A stretch of DNA of 64,000 nucleotides from Balamuthia mandrillaris (Eukaryota): positions 124,001 through 188,000 of the forward strand of contig JAVKOQ020000083.1 in assembly GCA_031835245.2 (NCBI GenBank). The letters run 5' to 3'. The notes under the pieces were generated by a model that worked only from the letters and a program-made list of their open reading frames with translations, was not told the DNA's origin and ran no database searches. The stretch's first letter is position 1. The number at the start of each line of letters is the position of its first letter. Shown in pieces: positions 51,596 to 62,249 of the stretch. A program made the position numbers and the translations under genes.

Positions 51596-52211
51596 ATGAA
51601 CCGCAACAAAGTTTATCTGTTGTGGATTGTGTGCGCTGTTGTTTGTGCCGTCGTGCCAGGCGGCAGGGCTGCAAACCAATGCAGCAGCTCAGCGGTGGCA
51701 AGAACCACGGCCACCACCGTCGTTGAGGGTGGTTGCAAGGGAGCTTTCACTTTCGGATATGGTTTGTTGCTGCTTTTGTTGGAATTGTATTTCTAGAGTT
51801 CTTGGTTTGTTTTTAATGCTAACAGCTACATTAAAGCGGAGGATGTACAAAGCAGGCTTGAAGCAAGCGGCTTCGGATCCAGCGCCAGTGGATATGGTTT
51901 GTTATCTGTTCATGTTGTGTTTCCTGTCTTGTGTTATTTATTCATTCTTTGCACCTCGTTGGCCCTGTACTTAATTATCGTTTGTAGTTGGTGTTGGAAC
52001 AATTGTAGCGTCCGGAACAGGGTCTCACGCCTCTGGTTATGGTACGTTCTGGGGTGCAGCAGCTCGCCATCTTCGATTGTTTAAACGGATTGTTGTTTCG
52101 TATCAAAGTGGACATTGACGGTGAGATTACGGCTTCATTTGATGGGAGCGTAGCCATGGGTTACGGTAAAACCTTCTCTTTTTGTTCTCTTTGCTCTCCT
52201 CCCAATCTCCC

Positions 52212-52246
<35 letters not shown>

Positions 52247-53302
52247 CTCTTTCCCTCTCGCAAGCTGCACCTTGCTTTTATCATTTTGGATTACTGTTTG
52301 TTCTCCATCTCTCGTTTGCAAACAACAATCGGAAAGGGGTGGCTGATGCAGCAGCCAATTTATCTGTTTGTTTTCTTTCTTGCAGGTGATGAAGATGGCG
52401 AAATCATATCCACGGGACAAGGCAGTTTTGCATTGGGCTTTGGTACGTATGGTGTCCATTGGTGGAACCCCAACGCATTATTGTTGATTGTTCTTCCTTT
52501 CCTGAAGCTGATGACGACAGCGAAATCGAATCCACGGGACAAGGCAGTTTTGCATTGGGGTATGGTACGTATGGTGTCCATTGGTTTCACCCCAAAGACA
52601 AGTTCTTATTTACTGTTATTTCTTCTCTGTCCCTGAAGTGGATGACGGCAGCGAGATAGCATCCACGGGAGAAGGCACTTTTGCGTTCGGCTCTGGTATG
52701 TATGGTGTCCATTGGCTTCATCCCAAGGTAAAGTTTTGCATTATTGTTGATCCTTCTCTCTTTCCTGAAGCTGATGAAGACAGCGAGATAGCATCCACGG
52801 GAGAAGGCACTTTTGCGTTGGGCTTTTGTGCGTATTCCCTCTTCAAACCCAACGCAGCATCACAAGGCAAAAGAGCGAAAAAGAACATACTAACCGATTC
52901 ACGTTGTGTGCAGCACTCAATGGCAGCTCCATCACTTCTACTGGCCATGGATCGTTTGCCGTGGGTGATGGTATGCTACCTAGCCTGCCTCCCGTCTCCC
53001 TCCTCTTGTGGACCCTAACTCTCCTCCGCTTTCTCTCTATCTCTCTCCTTCTCTTCCTTTGCACATGCAGCTGACTTTAATAGTAACATCACTTCTACTG
53101 GCTGGGGTTCTTTTGCCATGGGTGACAGTACGGCAGTCCTTGATCTTTTTTTCTCCTTGGCGACAAGCGCATAACTTTGATGTTCTCCACAGCATTTGAT
53201 GATGGTACGCTTGCTGCAACCGACGATGGAGCCTTCGTCTTGGGATATGGTTAGTTTCTCTTCTAATCCTTTCTAGTTCTGCATGTATTGTGTTGTAGTC
53301 TA

Positions 53303-53371
<69 letters not shown>

Positions 53372-53848
53372 ACGTCATTGTTAAATAAATCACATTGAAC
53401 AGCTGAAGAAAGTTCCTCGCTGAGGTCGAACGGCGAGGGGTCCATTGCTATGGGAAAAGGTTTTATCCTCACATGGTTCGACTGACATCCGTGAGTCTTT
53501 CTTTCTCACCACACACTCGCTTCATAGCCTCAGACAACGGACTCATTGAATCACAATCTGATGGGTCTGTAGCACATGGGTTTGGTACTGTGACATGACT
53601 GTCTCTTAGTTACCTATTGTTGTGATTGATGTCCTCTCCAACCACCGTCCCTTCTCTCTCTCTCTCTCTCTCCCTCTCCCTCTCTCCTCTCTCGTCTGCG
53701 ATCACAGCGGTAAATTCCAGTTCAATTGTTGCAGTCGAAGCAGGGTCATTTGCTGCTGGCATTGGTACATAGGCGTTGTTTCTTCTTTGCTCCTTTTCAT
53801 TCAGTGCTCCTTCTTATTACTTCTCTTGCTCTCTCCCTCCCTCTCTCC

Positions 53849-53896
<48 letters not shown>

Positions 53897-54945
53897 GTGT
53901 TCGACTCAGCGGACGCAAATTCTGGTATTACTGCTGAATCCATCGGGTCTATTGCCATGGGTGCAGGTACCTCACTCTTACTCTTTCTTCTTTTTTCTAT
54001 CTAGCACCAAAGGTTTTGTGCCAAACTAACTCCAATTACCCAACAGCACAGGAGAACGGAGTTATCGTTGCCAAGGCTCCAGGGGCATTTGCCACCGGGT
54101 TTGGTTTGTCAATTCTGTTTTCTGTTTGGTGATAGTCACAGCAATGGAGTTCTCCTTCACCTAATCCCCGTTCTTTTTGTCCTGTATGTTGTGGATTCTT
54201 CTGCTTGCTCATCATCATCATCTTCTTCTTCTGGCTTAATGTTCTCCTTCTTGTTCTTCTACGTTGATTATTTTGTGTTGTACTCGATTTCTTTATAGCT
54301 GTATGGAATGGAACAATCAGAGCAACCGATGTAGGTGCTCATGCCTCTGGAGTGGGTAAACCTTTTCATCCCTTTGTTTTGATACCTGAACAACTGGAGC
54401 TCCTTGCTGATGCTAGAACATGACACCACACAAACCAAAATGAATAAAAAGCCTTTGGTGGCAACAGCGTTGCCGCAACAGCGCCTGGATCCTTTGCCCA
54501 CGGAATCAACATCCGGACCTCTACCATCGGCGGCATGGTGGCAGGCAGGTGCAACAACCCTACTGACGAGGCGAGCCTTGGCACCGGAGAGGCAGTTTTC
54601 GCGGTAGGAGTTGGGGACCCCAACCCGTTAACAGGGTTATGTGACTCGTCCTTTACAGGGATGATGCTGGACTCGAATGGCGATCTCTTCCTGAAGGGCG
54701 ACATCTTCTTGCAAGGCACCGTTTCTGACAGCCAGACCCTCAACCTGAGAAGCAGTGATGGAAGCCAACAATCACCAGTGTCTTTGTCCCTATCTTTGAT
54801 CTCCTCCAGAGAGAAAATGGCTGCTTTGGAAGCCGAACTGAAGGACGCTCGTCAACAACTGGCAACCACTCGTGCGGAAGTAGAAGAGCTGAAGCTGTTG
54901 GTTAAGTCTCTGTTGCAGAAAGAGGCGCCTCAGAGTCAGGAGTAG
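51596..54945 (+). CDS. Secreted beta-roll repeat protein (YadA-head or phage tail-fibre-like) with C-terminal coiled coil; 18 exons, one repeat per exon
   Basis: Signal peptide MNRNKVYLLWIVCAVVCAVVPGGRA; 16 internal phase-1 exons each encoding AxxxxxIx[AS]xGxG[SA][FIVH]AxG[YF]; last exon VFAVGVG...MLDSNGDLFLKGDIF plus heptad repeats; stop at 54943-54945. Confidence 0.85.
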
Positions 54946-55078
54946 AAGTAAAGGACCGTTCTTCAAACCGGCATGAATCCTTTCCATCCTTGTTGCTTTT
55001 CTACATTAAAACTAAAGTACTAAAAGCAGCAAAAGGCCTGACCACAAAAAAATGGAGTCGGTGCATTCTTCCCACTTA

Positions 55079-55433
55079 TTAACATACTTCAAAGGCAGGC
55101 ATGCAAGCCAACTTCAAGCTGGACAACATGTCGGACCAAAGCACAGCAGCACTTGCATAACTTCCAACAAAAAACATGAAAGGAGAGGGTTCCGGTTTCC
55201 TCATCACCTCCGGATCCGACATTATCGCATGAGAGAGGGCGTACTCTTGAAAGCGGATTGCTTGATAGAGGTACTTGGGATCCTTGGTCATGCGGTACAT
55301 GTAAAGAAACATATAGGTGTTGCCGCTTACTCCATGTCCCAACATTAGTCCTTTGGTTAGCAATCCTCTTTTCCAAACTGCCTCAGCTGCTCTCTTTGCT
55401 AACAGAAAACATGAGAAGGGAAAAGAGACAGAA

Positions 55434-55499
<66 letters not shown>

Positions 55500-56987
55500 A
55501 CCAGCATTTAAATAACGGTGGTCGTTGTAAAGAATCCATGCTTTTGTAAAGAGAGGTATATAGCCAGGAGCGCCATGACACCACTGCAGAAGCACATCTG
55601 GTTCTTCTGGAAGAGGAGGAACAGTCGGAGTAGGAAAGTTGCCATTGGGCAACTGTAATGTTAGCAAAAAGTCGAGTGTGCTGCGAATGAGGTTTGATAC
55701 AGTGGCATTGGCCATGAACTTAGAAAGATGCATCATTTGGAACAAGACACCAGATGTGCCATGGCCTTGGTCATATAGCACGACATCTTTTGGAAAAGAA
55801 CACCATAATACATAAGGAAGCAGCATAGAAAGTAAGAACGAACAAGTGAACATATGAAAGAATGTAAGAATAAAAGAAAAGACCGAATGGATACGCGCTT
55901 ACCTGGATAAGCAACATTACGCCACTTCAACACGGTCCCGTTTCCTGTCCGAACTCCAGCACTCAACATAGAGTGTGCCAACTCGTTCAACCACTCTGCT
56001 GGGATGACATAAGGAGCTCCATCTCTTTTACCTCCAAAGTGATCATTCAAGAAGTAAGCAGCAAAGAGGAGCCCGGCTTTGCCTTCATCAAAGGGGTCAG
56101 GAAAGGCTCGTTTCCCTTTCAGCACTTCCTTAAAGGTGGCTAACACTCTGGAGATGTATGTTTGGCTCTTTGGAGCGTCTCCAAGTAGGTCGTATATCAC
56201 AGCAGCCACGGAGTAAGGGCCTACAGCAGAGTACATGAAACCAACCATTTGATTTTTTTCAGCAGAGTTATCCTTCTCAACAGCCTTTTGTAGACTAGTC
56301 AGTAACAAAGAAATAAAGAGAAGAATAAAGAGAAAGTTGAACCTGAAGAGAAGAGTTGACGTAACGAGCAGCAATGGCAAGAAAAGACTTAGCTTGTTGT
56401 TCATCCCGTTCAACACTATTTTTGTACAAGTGAAGAAATAAAAGAGCTCTGCCTATACTTCAACCGTTGTGTCAGTGGTAACAAGAATTCATCTGAAGAA
56501 TAAGCCGAAGAAGAAGAAGAAAGACGAAGAAGAAAGAAAGAAAGAAAGAAAGAAACGACAAGAAAGAAACGACAAGAAAGAAACAACAAAAAACGACAAG
56601 AGAAATGGACTTACCGGCGCTTCCAGACATTACATCCCACCCATCCGCAAAGTCACTCTCAGGAGGAGCGCCTTGCAGGATGAGCTCCAGGTATTGGCTG
56701 CCTCGAACGCTCATGTTGCGACGCAACTCCTCAGAGATGAACACGGGGTCACCCGGACGATAGTCCGGCATGTCGTTGACGTAGAACCGAGGACAAGGAG
56801 GGCCGACATGTTGCGGGCACGAAGTGTTGTCGCTCCTACCTTTATGGCTATAACGGTCGCGCTCGCTCTCTCCAAGTTGGGAGAAATGCTCCAAAGCTCT
56901 GCTGTGTTGCAGCACAAACGCCAAGAGAAGCTGAAAAGCAAAGACAACGAGCAGACCCCAGTAAAAGCACCCAGGAGTGGGTTTCAT
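55079..56987 (-). CDS. LanC-like protein (lanthionine synthetase C-like) with N-terminal signal or anchor
   Basis: GSAGRALLFLHLY, GHGTSGVL, GNFP, LQWCHGAPG, VWKRGLLTKG.LGHGVSGNTYMFL. Confidence 0.88.
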
Positions 56988-57241
56988 GACTTCTCTCTCT
57001 CTCTTTCTGTATTGTATGCATTACGCCTCCAATCGCAACATTTTCCTTTTTTCCATTTCCAGGACGACACGGAAAATTATTATTTTTCCCTTCCGTGTCG
57101 ACGCAAAGTGGGCCGTCACGTCTGTATCGGGACGACATGGAAGTATTCGGGACGACATGAAGTCGAAAATTCAAACGAAAAAGGGGAAAAAGAAGGAAAC
57201 ACTCACTGTTGTTGCGGTGAGCGAGTGAACAGGCCTCCGCA

Positions 57242-60070
57242 ATGGCATCGCGCAGGCTGAGCGGCTGGACGCTGAGCATACCCTCTGCCACCACCAACCC
57301 TGATTATACGGTTCGTTTTTTTTTTTGGTTGTTTGGATATTATCATATATTTTATTTATTTATTTTGTTTTGGGACCATCCTCTCCCTCTTCCATTTTAT
57401 TGATACAATCCGCCACCTTGAACGTAACTTTTGGGTTGCTCATCAACAAAAAAAGGTCTACAACATATTCATCAGTGATGGCGTCTCCTCATGGGCAGTT
57501 CCCAAACGTTTCAGCGCTCTGCATGACTTTAAATCGATGGTGTGCTGGTTTTTCTTTCACCCCTATTTTTTTTTGTCTTTCGTTCTTTCTCATCATTTCT
57601 TTCTTCACGTCTTCTCGACCCCATCGTCCATCAGATGGAAGAAAAGTATCCTCGTAAACGGTTCCCACCGTTTCCGCCAAAGAAGCTCTTCGGCTCGAAC
57701 GACCCTGACACCGTGGAGGAGCGCAGGAGAGAGCTGGAGGGCTTTCTGAAGGGCCTGTTGGCCGACTCTGGCTTTCACTGCAAGTACATGCTTCGTTTCC
57801 TGGATCCGCACCACCAAGTACGTTTCTTGCTTCTTGCGTTGTTCTTTCCTCTCTTCTCTCTTCCGTCCACCTCTGCTTCGCTCTCTTCTCCCTTTGTCCT
57901 TGCTGCTTGCTTCTTGCTTCTTGCTTCTTGCTTCTTGCTTCTTGCTTTTTTCTAGCCTCTAATTGCTCCATTGTGACTACAGTCAAACCAAGAGTCAAGT
58001 ATGGACAGAGCCACGTATAGCCACCTACTAGCCATGCAACAAGCAGAGGAAGAGGAAAGAGCAAAGCAAGAGTCGTATGAACAATACAGACAGGACAAAT
58101 ACAAAGAGGGAGAGGCACAACAAGAGTCGGACTATGAGGAAGCGGACTCTTATAACTTTTTGCTGCCACCGTTAGTCTTGAACCCACGCGAAGAAGGCTT
58201 ACCAGACGCTATAACGTTGGCCAACGGAGAAACCTGCTATTTGGCAGCATTGTTGGATGACATGCGCACCAATGTGCTCTATTTGCATCATCTTCGACAG
58301 CGATTGGATCGTTGCAGTGGCGACTCTGCTCGCTTAGGCATTCTTGCAGAGCAACGACAGAAGCTTTCGAGCACTTGCGCGGCTGTACGACGAGAAATAG
58401 ACCTCATTCTTCCTTCTTCTTCCATTTCGTCCACTCCGTCATCATTACTAGGAAAAGTAGAGCAGTTGCGATGGGAAAAGGAGCAGTTACAACAACGAAC
58501 GCATCGAAGAAGGCCTAACCCTGAGATTCGTTCATTGAGAGGAGCGGCGACGGCGATGAAGAAGTTGCACACGTGGTTGCTGAGAGCAAGAGAGCAGATG
58601 AGCATAGCTCTTCAATGGGCAGAGAGCGCGGAGGAGTCCATCCTGTTGTCTGTTAGCGGTGAAGAAGAAGGAGGTTCCTCCGGGAAGGAAGAGGAGCATC
58701 ATGAACAAGAATTAAATGTAGCGGATCACAACACTTGCCTCGTGGACTTGGACTATAACAGCAACAATGTTAACACCAGCGCATTTCTTCCTCCTCCTGC
58801 TTACTATCACTACATGCCACCACCGATGTATACATCACCATACCCTCCTCCCGCTTATGTTCCATCTCCTCCTCCTTCTTCCTTCTCTTCAACTTCGTCG
58901 TCGTCTGATGTTCCACCATCAACTTCACAACTGCAGCAACAACCTACGTTTGTTCATGCGCCTTTCTATCCAGCACAACATCCGATGATGTTGATGGTGC
59001 CTTCACAAACTGCTTATCCACCTACCGCCACCAATGTTGAGTTGCCTCTTTCCTCCTCCTCTGCTTCATCTTCTTCTTTCACTTTGTCGTCTCCTGCAAT
59101 CTTGCCAGCTTCCCTCCTGCCTCCTCCTTATACTAATGTTACTCCTACCTCTTCTTCTCCTACTCTCCCTGATCCATCACTTCAGCCAAATACCGATTCC
59201 GCTATCATTACTCTTCCTCAAGACATAAACCACTCTTCACCGCAACAACCACAACAACAGGTTTCCGCTTCTTCCTCTTCCTTCTCCGAGCCTCTGTTCC
59301 CTCAACCAAAACATCAACAAGATGACTTAGGCCAAGCTCTCCGGTCTCTGGAAGCGGAAGCCGAGCAGTTGGTTCTTGAAGCTATCCGACAACAACAAGA
59401 AGAAGCTGACTCCTCTTCCTCCTCTGCTGCCTCTTCATCCTCTGCATCTCTTCAGGTAGAAGGACAAGTCAGACTGTTCAAAGAGAAAGTGAGACAACTG
59501 CAACTCTCTGTACGAGCTCGTTTTTCCTCCACAGAGGAAGCTCGTCTCGTCCATCAGCGCATCGATGAGATAGCCAGTTATCTCAATGACAACCTCAACT
59601 TTCTTCAAAGCCTTCGCAACGGCCAAACTGCATCGCTCTCTCCACAAGACCAACTTTGTGTGTTTGAGGATCAGGTCTTTCGTCTTCTTCATGATGCAAA
59701 TCTTCTGGAGGAGCGAAGCAAAGCCCAAAACAGCAACGAGGAGAGAAATCATGAGGCTGAAGTGGCGCAGCTGCACCGAAGAATTGTCGCGTTGATGAAG
59801 CAGATGGTGGCTTATTGCTCCATGTTGCAAAAGCAAACTCAACAACAGCAACAACAGAGGCGGGGTGATGATGACGGCGGAAGAGGTTGGCTGATGGACC
59901 GCTTGGAGGACCTGCAGGAAAACTTGGTGGACTTTGAACATAACTTTTGCACCAAGTTCCACGTACAGAAGAGCCTCGGGGATAAGGCGAGAGCTATTTT
60001 CACCGAGCGGAAGTTGAAGGAGGCCATTCTCCTTCATGAAGCTGCTGCTTCTGATATGTTTGAACTGTAA
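57242..60070 (+). CDS. PX-domain protein with Pro/Ser-rich middle and helical C-terminus
   Basis: YTVYNIFI...KRFSALHDF...FPPFPPKKLFG...VEERRRELEGFLKGLL (PX); long final exon. The start is inferred. Confidence 0.82.
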
Positions 60071-60224
60071 AAAAAAAGAATGAAAAATAACGTTTATCTT
60101 CTTCGTCTGCTCTTAGCAATCAAAAAACATAAAGTCCGAAGCTTTGTTGTTGTTGTACAGTACCCATCTTTGTGGAAGGACATCAAACCATAGGTAGAAG
60201 GAGGTAACTTCGAGGGAGGGAAGG

Positions 60225-60809
60225 TTAGGGAGAAGAAGAAGGAGAAGAAGAAGAAGAAGAAGAAGAACAAGAAGAAGAAGAAGAAGAAGAAGAAGAAGGA
60301 GGAGAAGAAGGAGAAGAGGATGATGAAGACGGACAAGCCTCGCTCATTGAAGATGACGAAGGCCTAGGAGAAACTATCTCATCCCCAGCCGTCGGCTCCT
60401 CCATTGCGAACGAGTATGTCCAGACCTGGAGGGCCGCCCGTCTCTGGCCGAGGAACAGGGTAACATTGCCGGCGAGCAGACTAAAAGTGCAAGGGCGGGT
60501 CGTGTAAGCCTGTAGGTGATCCTCCATGGGGAAGCACAGGCGCGAACTCATGCTCTCATCCACGAAGAACGTCATGACAACCTTGGTGCCGCCTCGTAAA
60601 CGAGGCAGGTGGGGGTGCAACTCACCAGGCCATTCCGAGTTTTGCCAGTCCTCCCCCTGCATGGTTAAGGTTGCGCTGGATTGCAGCGGGATTGCTGGGC
60701 ACATGGGGTTGGGAGTATCTGGGAGTTCCACCACAAGAAAAACGCTCCGGACTCTGCTCAACCAAGAAAGATCTGGGGTAGTGGTCGCGAGGCACAACTT
60801 TCTTTCCAT
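60225..60809 (-). CDS. Hypothetical protein, paralogue A of an unknown family
   Basis: Aligns with 61591-62070 (LRGGTKVVMTFFVDESM vs LRGQTKVIMTFFEDENM; EPTAGDEI vs EPTSGDEI); Ser-rich tail. The start is uncertain. Confidence 0.65.
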   Translation of the reverse strand: MERKLCLATTTPDLSWLSRVRSVFLVVELPDTPNPMCPAIPLQSSATLTMQGEDWQNSEWPGELHPHLPRLRGGTKVVMTFFVDESMSSRLCFPMEDHLQAYTTRPCTFSLLAGNVTLFLGQRRAALQVWTYSFAMEEPTAGDEIVSPRPSSSSMSEACPSSSSSSPSSPPSSSSSSSSSCSSSSSSSSPSSSP

Positions 60810-61590
60810 TCGGTTCACCAACTGTTCTGCTTGGCTTCTGTGAGGCTTGTGTTTGTTCCTCCCTCCTTTGCTCTTTGGGCGTTGCTTTTTTTTTTTGTGG
60901 TTTGTGCGAAGCCTGAGAGATATGGACGTTTGTTTGGTTAACACACCTGTGGCGGCCGCAGTTTGTTGTGCAGCTGTCGGAGCTGTTCGTTTGGCCGGCA
61001 GGAGGGCGCTTCGGCAGCAGCATTTCCTACATGACCGAAAAGAAATGGTGGCGGGGAAAATTAGTGTCGACGAGGACCGCACAGCCAAACCAAACACATA
61101 ACGCTACGTTTTTTTTTTTTTTTTGATTGCTAAGAGCAGACGAAGAAGATAAACGTTATTTTTCATTCTTTTTTTTTTTTTTTTTTGATTGTTTAGAGGT
61201 GGAAATTTCTTTTAGAAAATCCGCAAAGTTTCCGCTCAACTTACCCACGTCGACAAAAATTTGCTTTTGTGTTTTGTTTGAAAAAAAAAAGGCAATAACT
61301 TGGACAGAACAACAACAGGTAGGCTATGGAGATGACGGGGTAGATTTCCTACGCAAAGGAGACAAAGGAGGCGTGGGAGGTGAAGAAGACGATGTTGATG
61401 ACGGAGACGGCGTTGACGAAGCAGACGAAGTGGACGAAGTGGTGGTATACGGAGGAGAAGAAGGGGAGGAAGGAGACGAAGAAGACGAAGTCGATGACGG
61501 AGAGGACGTTGACGAAGTGGACGAAGTGGTGGTATACGGAGTAGACAAAGGCGAAGAAGGGGAGGAAGGAGACGAAGAAGACGAAGTTGC

Positions 61591-62070
61591 CTAAGGGGAC
61601 GGAGTACGCGAGGCAGACGAAGTAGACGGAGATATCTCATCCCCGCTTGTTGGTTCCTTGTCAAACTCCATGGTAGTCGGCTCATGTACGGATATGTCCA
61701 CGAGGTTTTGATGAAGCTTTACGGTTAAACCATCAAACCTGCAGCTGAAAGTAGCGCTGTTTAGTAAGGGCTTTAGATGTATCTGAATGGGGTAGCAGTT
61801 TCGTGTCCTCATATTCTCGTCCTCGAAGAAGGTCATGATGACCTTGGTTTGGCCACGAAGTTGCGGCGGTTGTTGATACAGCGTGCCACGCCACCTCAGG
61901 CCAACCTTGGTTAAGACCGCACTTATTTGCAATGAGTCGGGAGAGTAGATTGTATCGTGTATCTCTGGGAACTCCATACACAAACAAAAAAGTCGAGGCG
62001 TTGGCCAGCCAAGACGTATCATAGGCATAAGCAGCGCTGGTTGAAGTCGTCGAGCTTTCCATGCTCTCAT
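61591..62070 (-). CDS. Hypothetical protein, paralogue B of an unknown family; the frame continues past TAG to 61324
   Basis: Paralogy with 60225-60809; in-frame Ser/Thr/Pro repeats continue beyond the stop. Confidence 0.65.
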   Translation of the reverse strand: MRAWKARRLQPALLMPMIRLGWPTPRLFCLCMEFPEIHDTIYSPDSLQISAVLTKVGLRWRGTLYQQPPQLRGQTKVIMTFFEDENMRTRNCYPIQIHLKPLLNSATFSCRFDGLTVKLHQNLVDISVHEPTTMEFDKEPTSGDEISPSTSSASRTPSP

Positions 62071-62249
62071 CGTGTTGGTTGCGTTGAAGTGGGAGGGGTG
62101 GGGTGGTAGTGTGCGTGGCGGTGCTTGTTGTGCGTTTGCTGCAGGGAGGGAGGACAGAAAGACCAAAAAAAAAAAAAAGGTGCTACGTTTTTTTGCTACG
62201 TTTTTTTTTTTCAAAAAAAAAAACAAAGTTCGCACACATCGTCGGTTGG

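Noticed and set aside
52386..52830. CRISPR-like regularly spaced repeats
   Set aside because: The units are duplicated exon-intron cassettes with GT-AG ends; the spacers are homologous, there are no cas genes and the context is eukaryotic.
55079..56987. Lanthipeptide biosynthetic cluster
   Set aside because: No LanB/LanM dehydratase, precursor peptide or transporter nearby; stand-alone LanCL genes are normal in eukaryotes.
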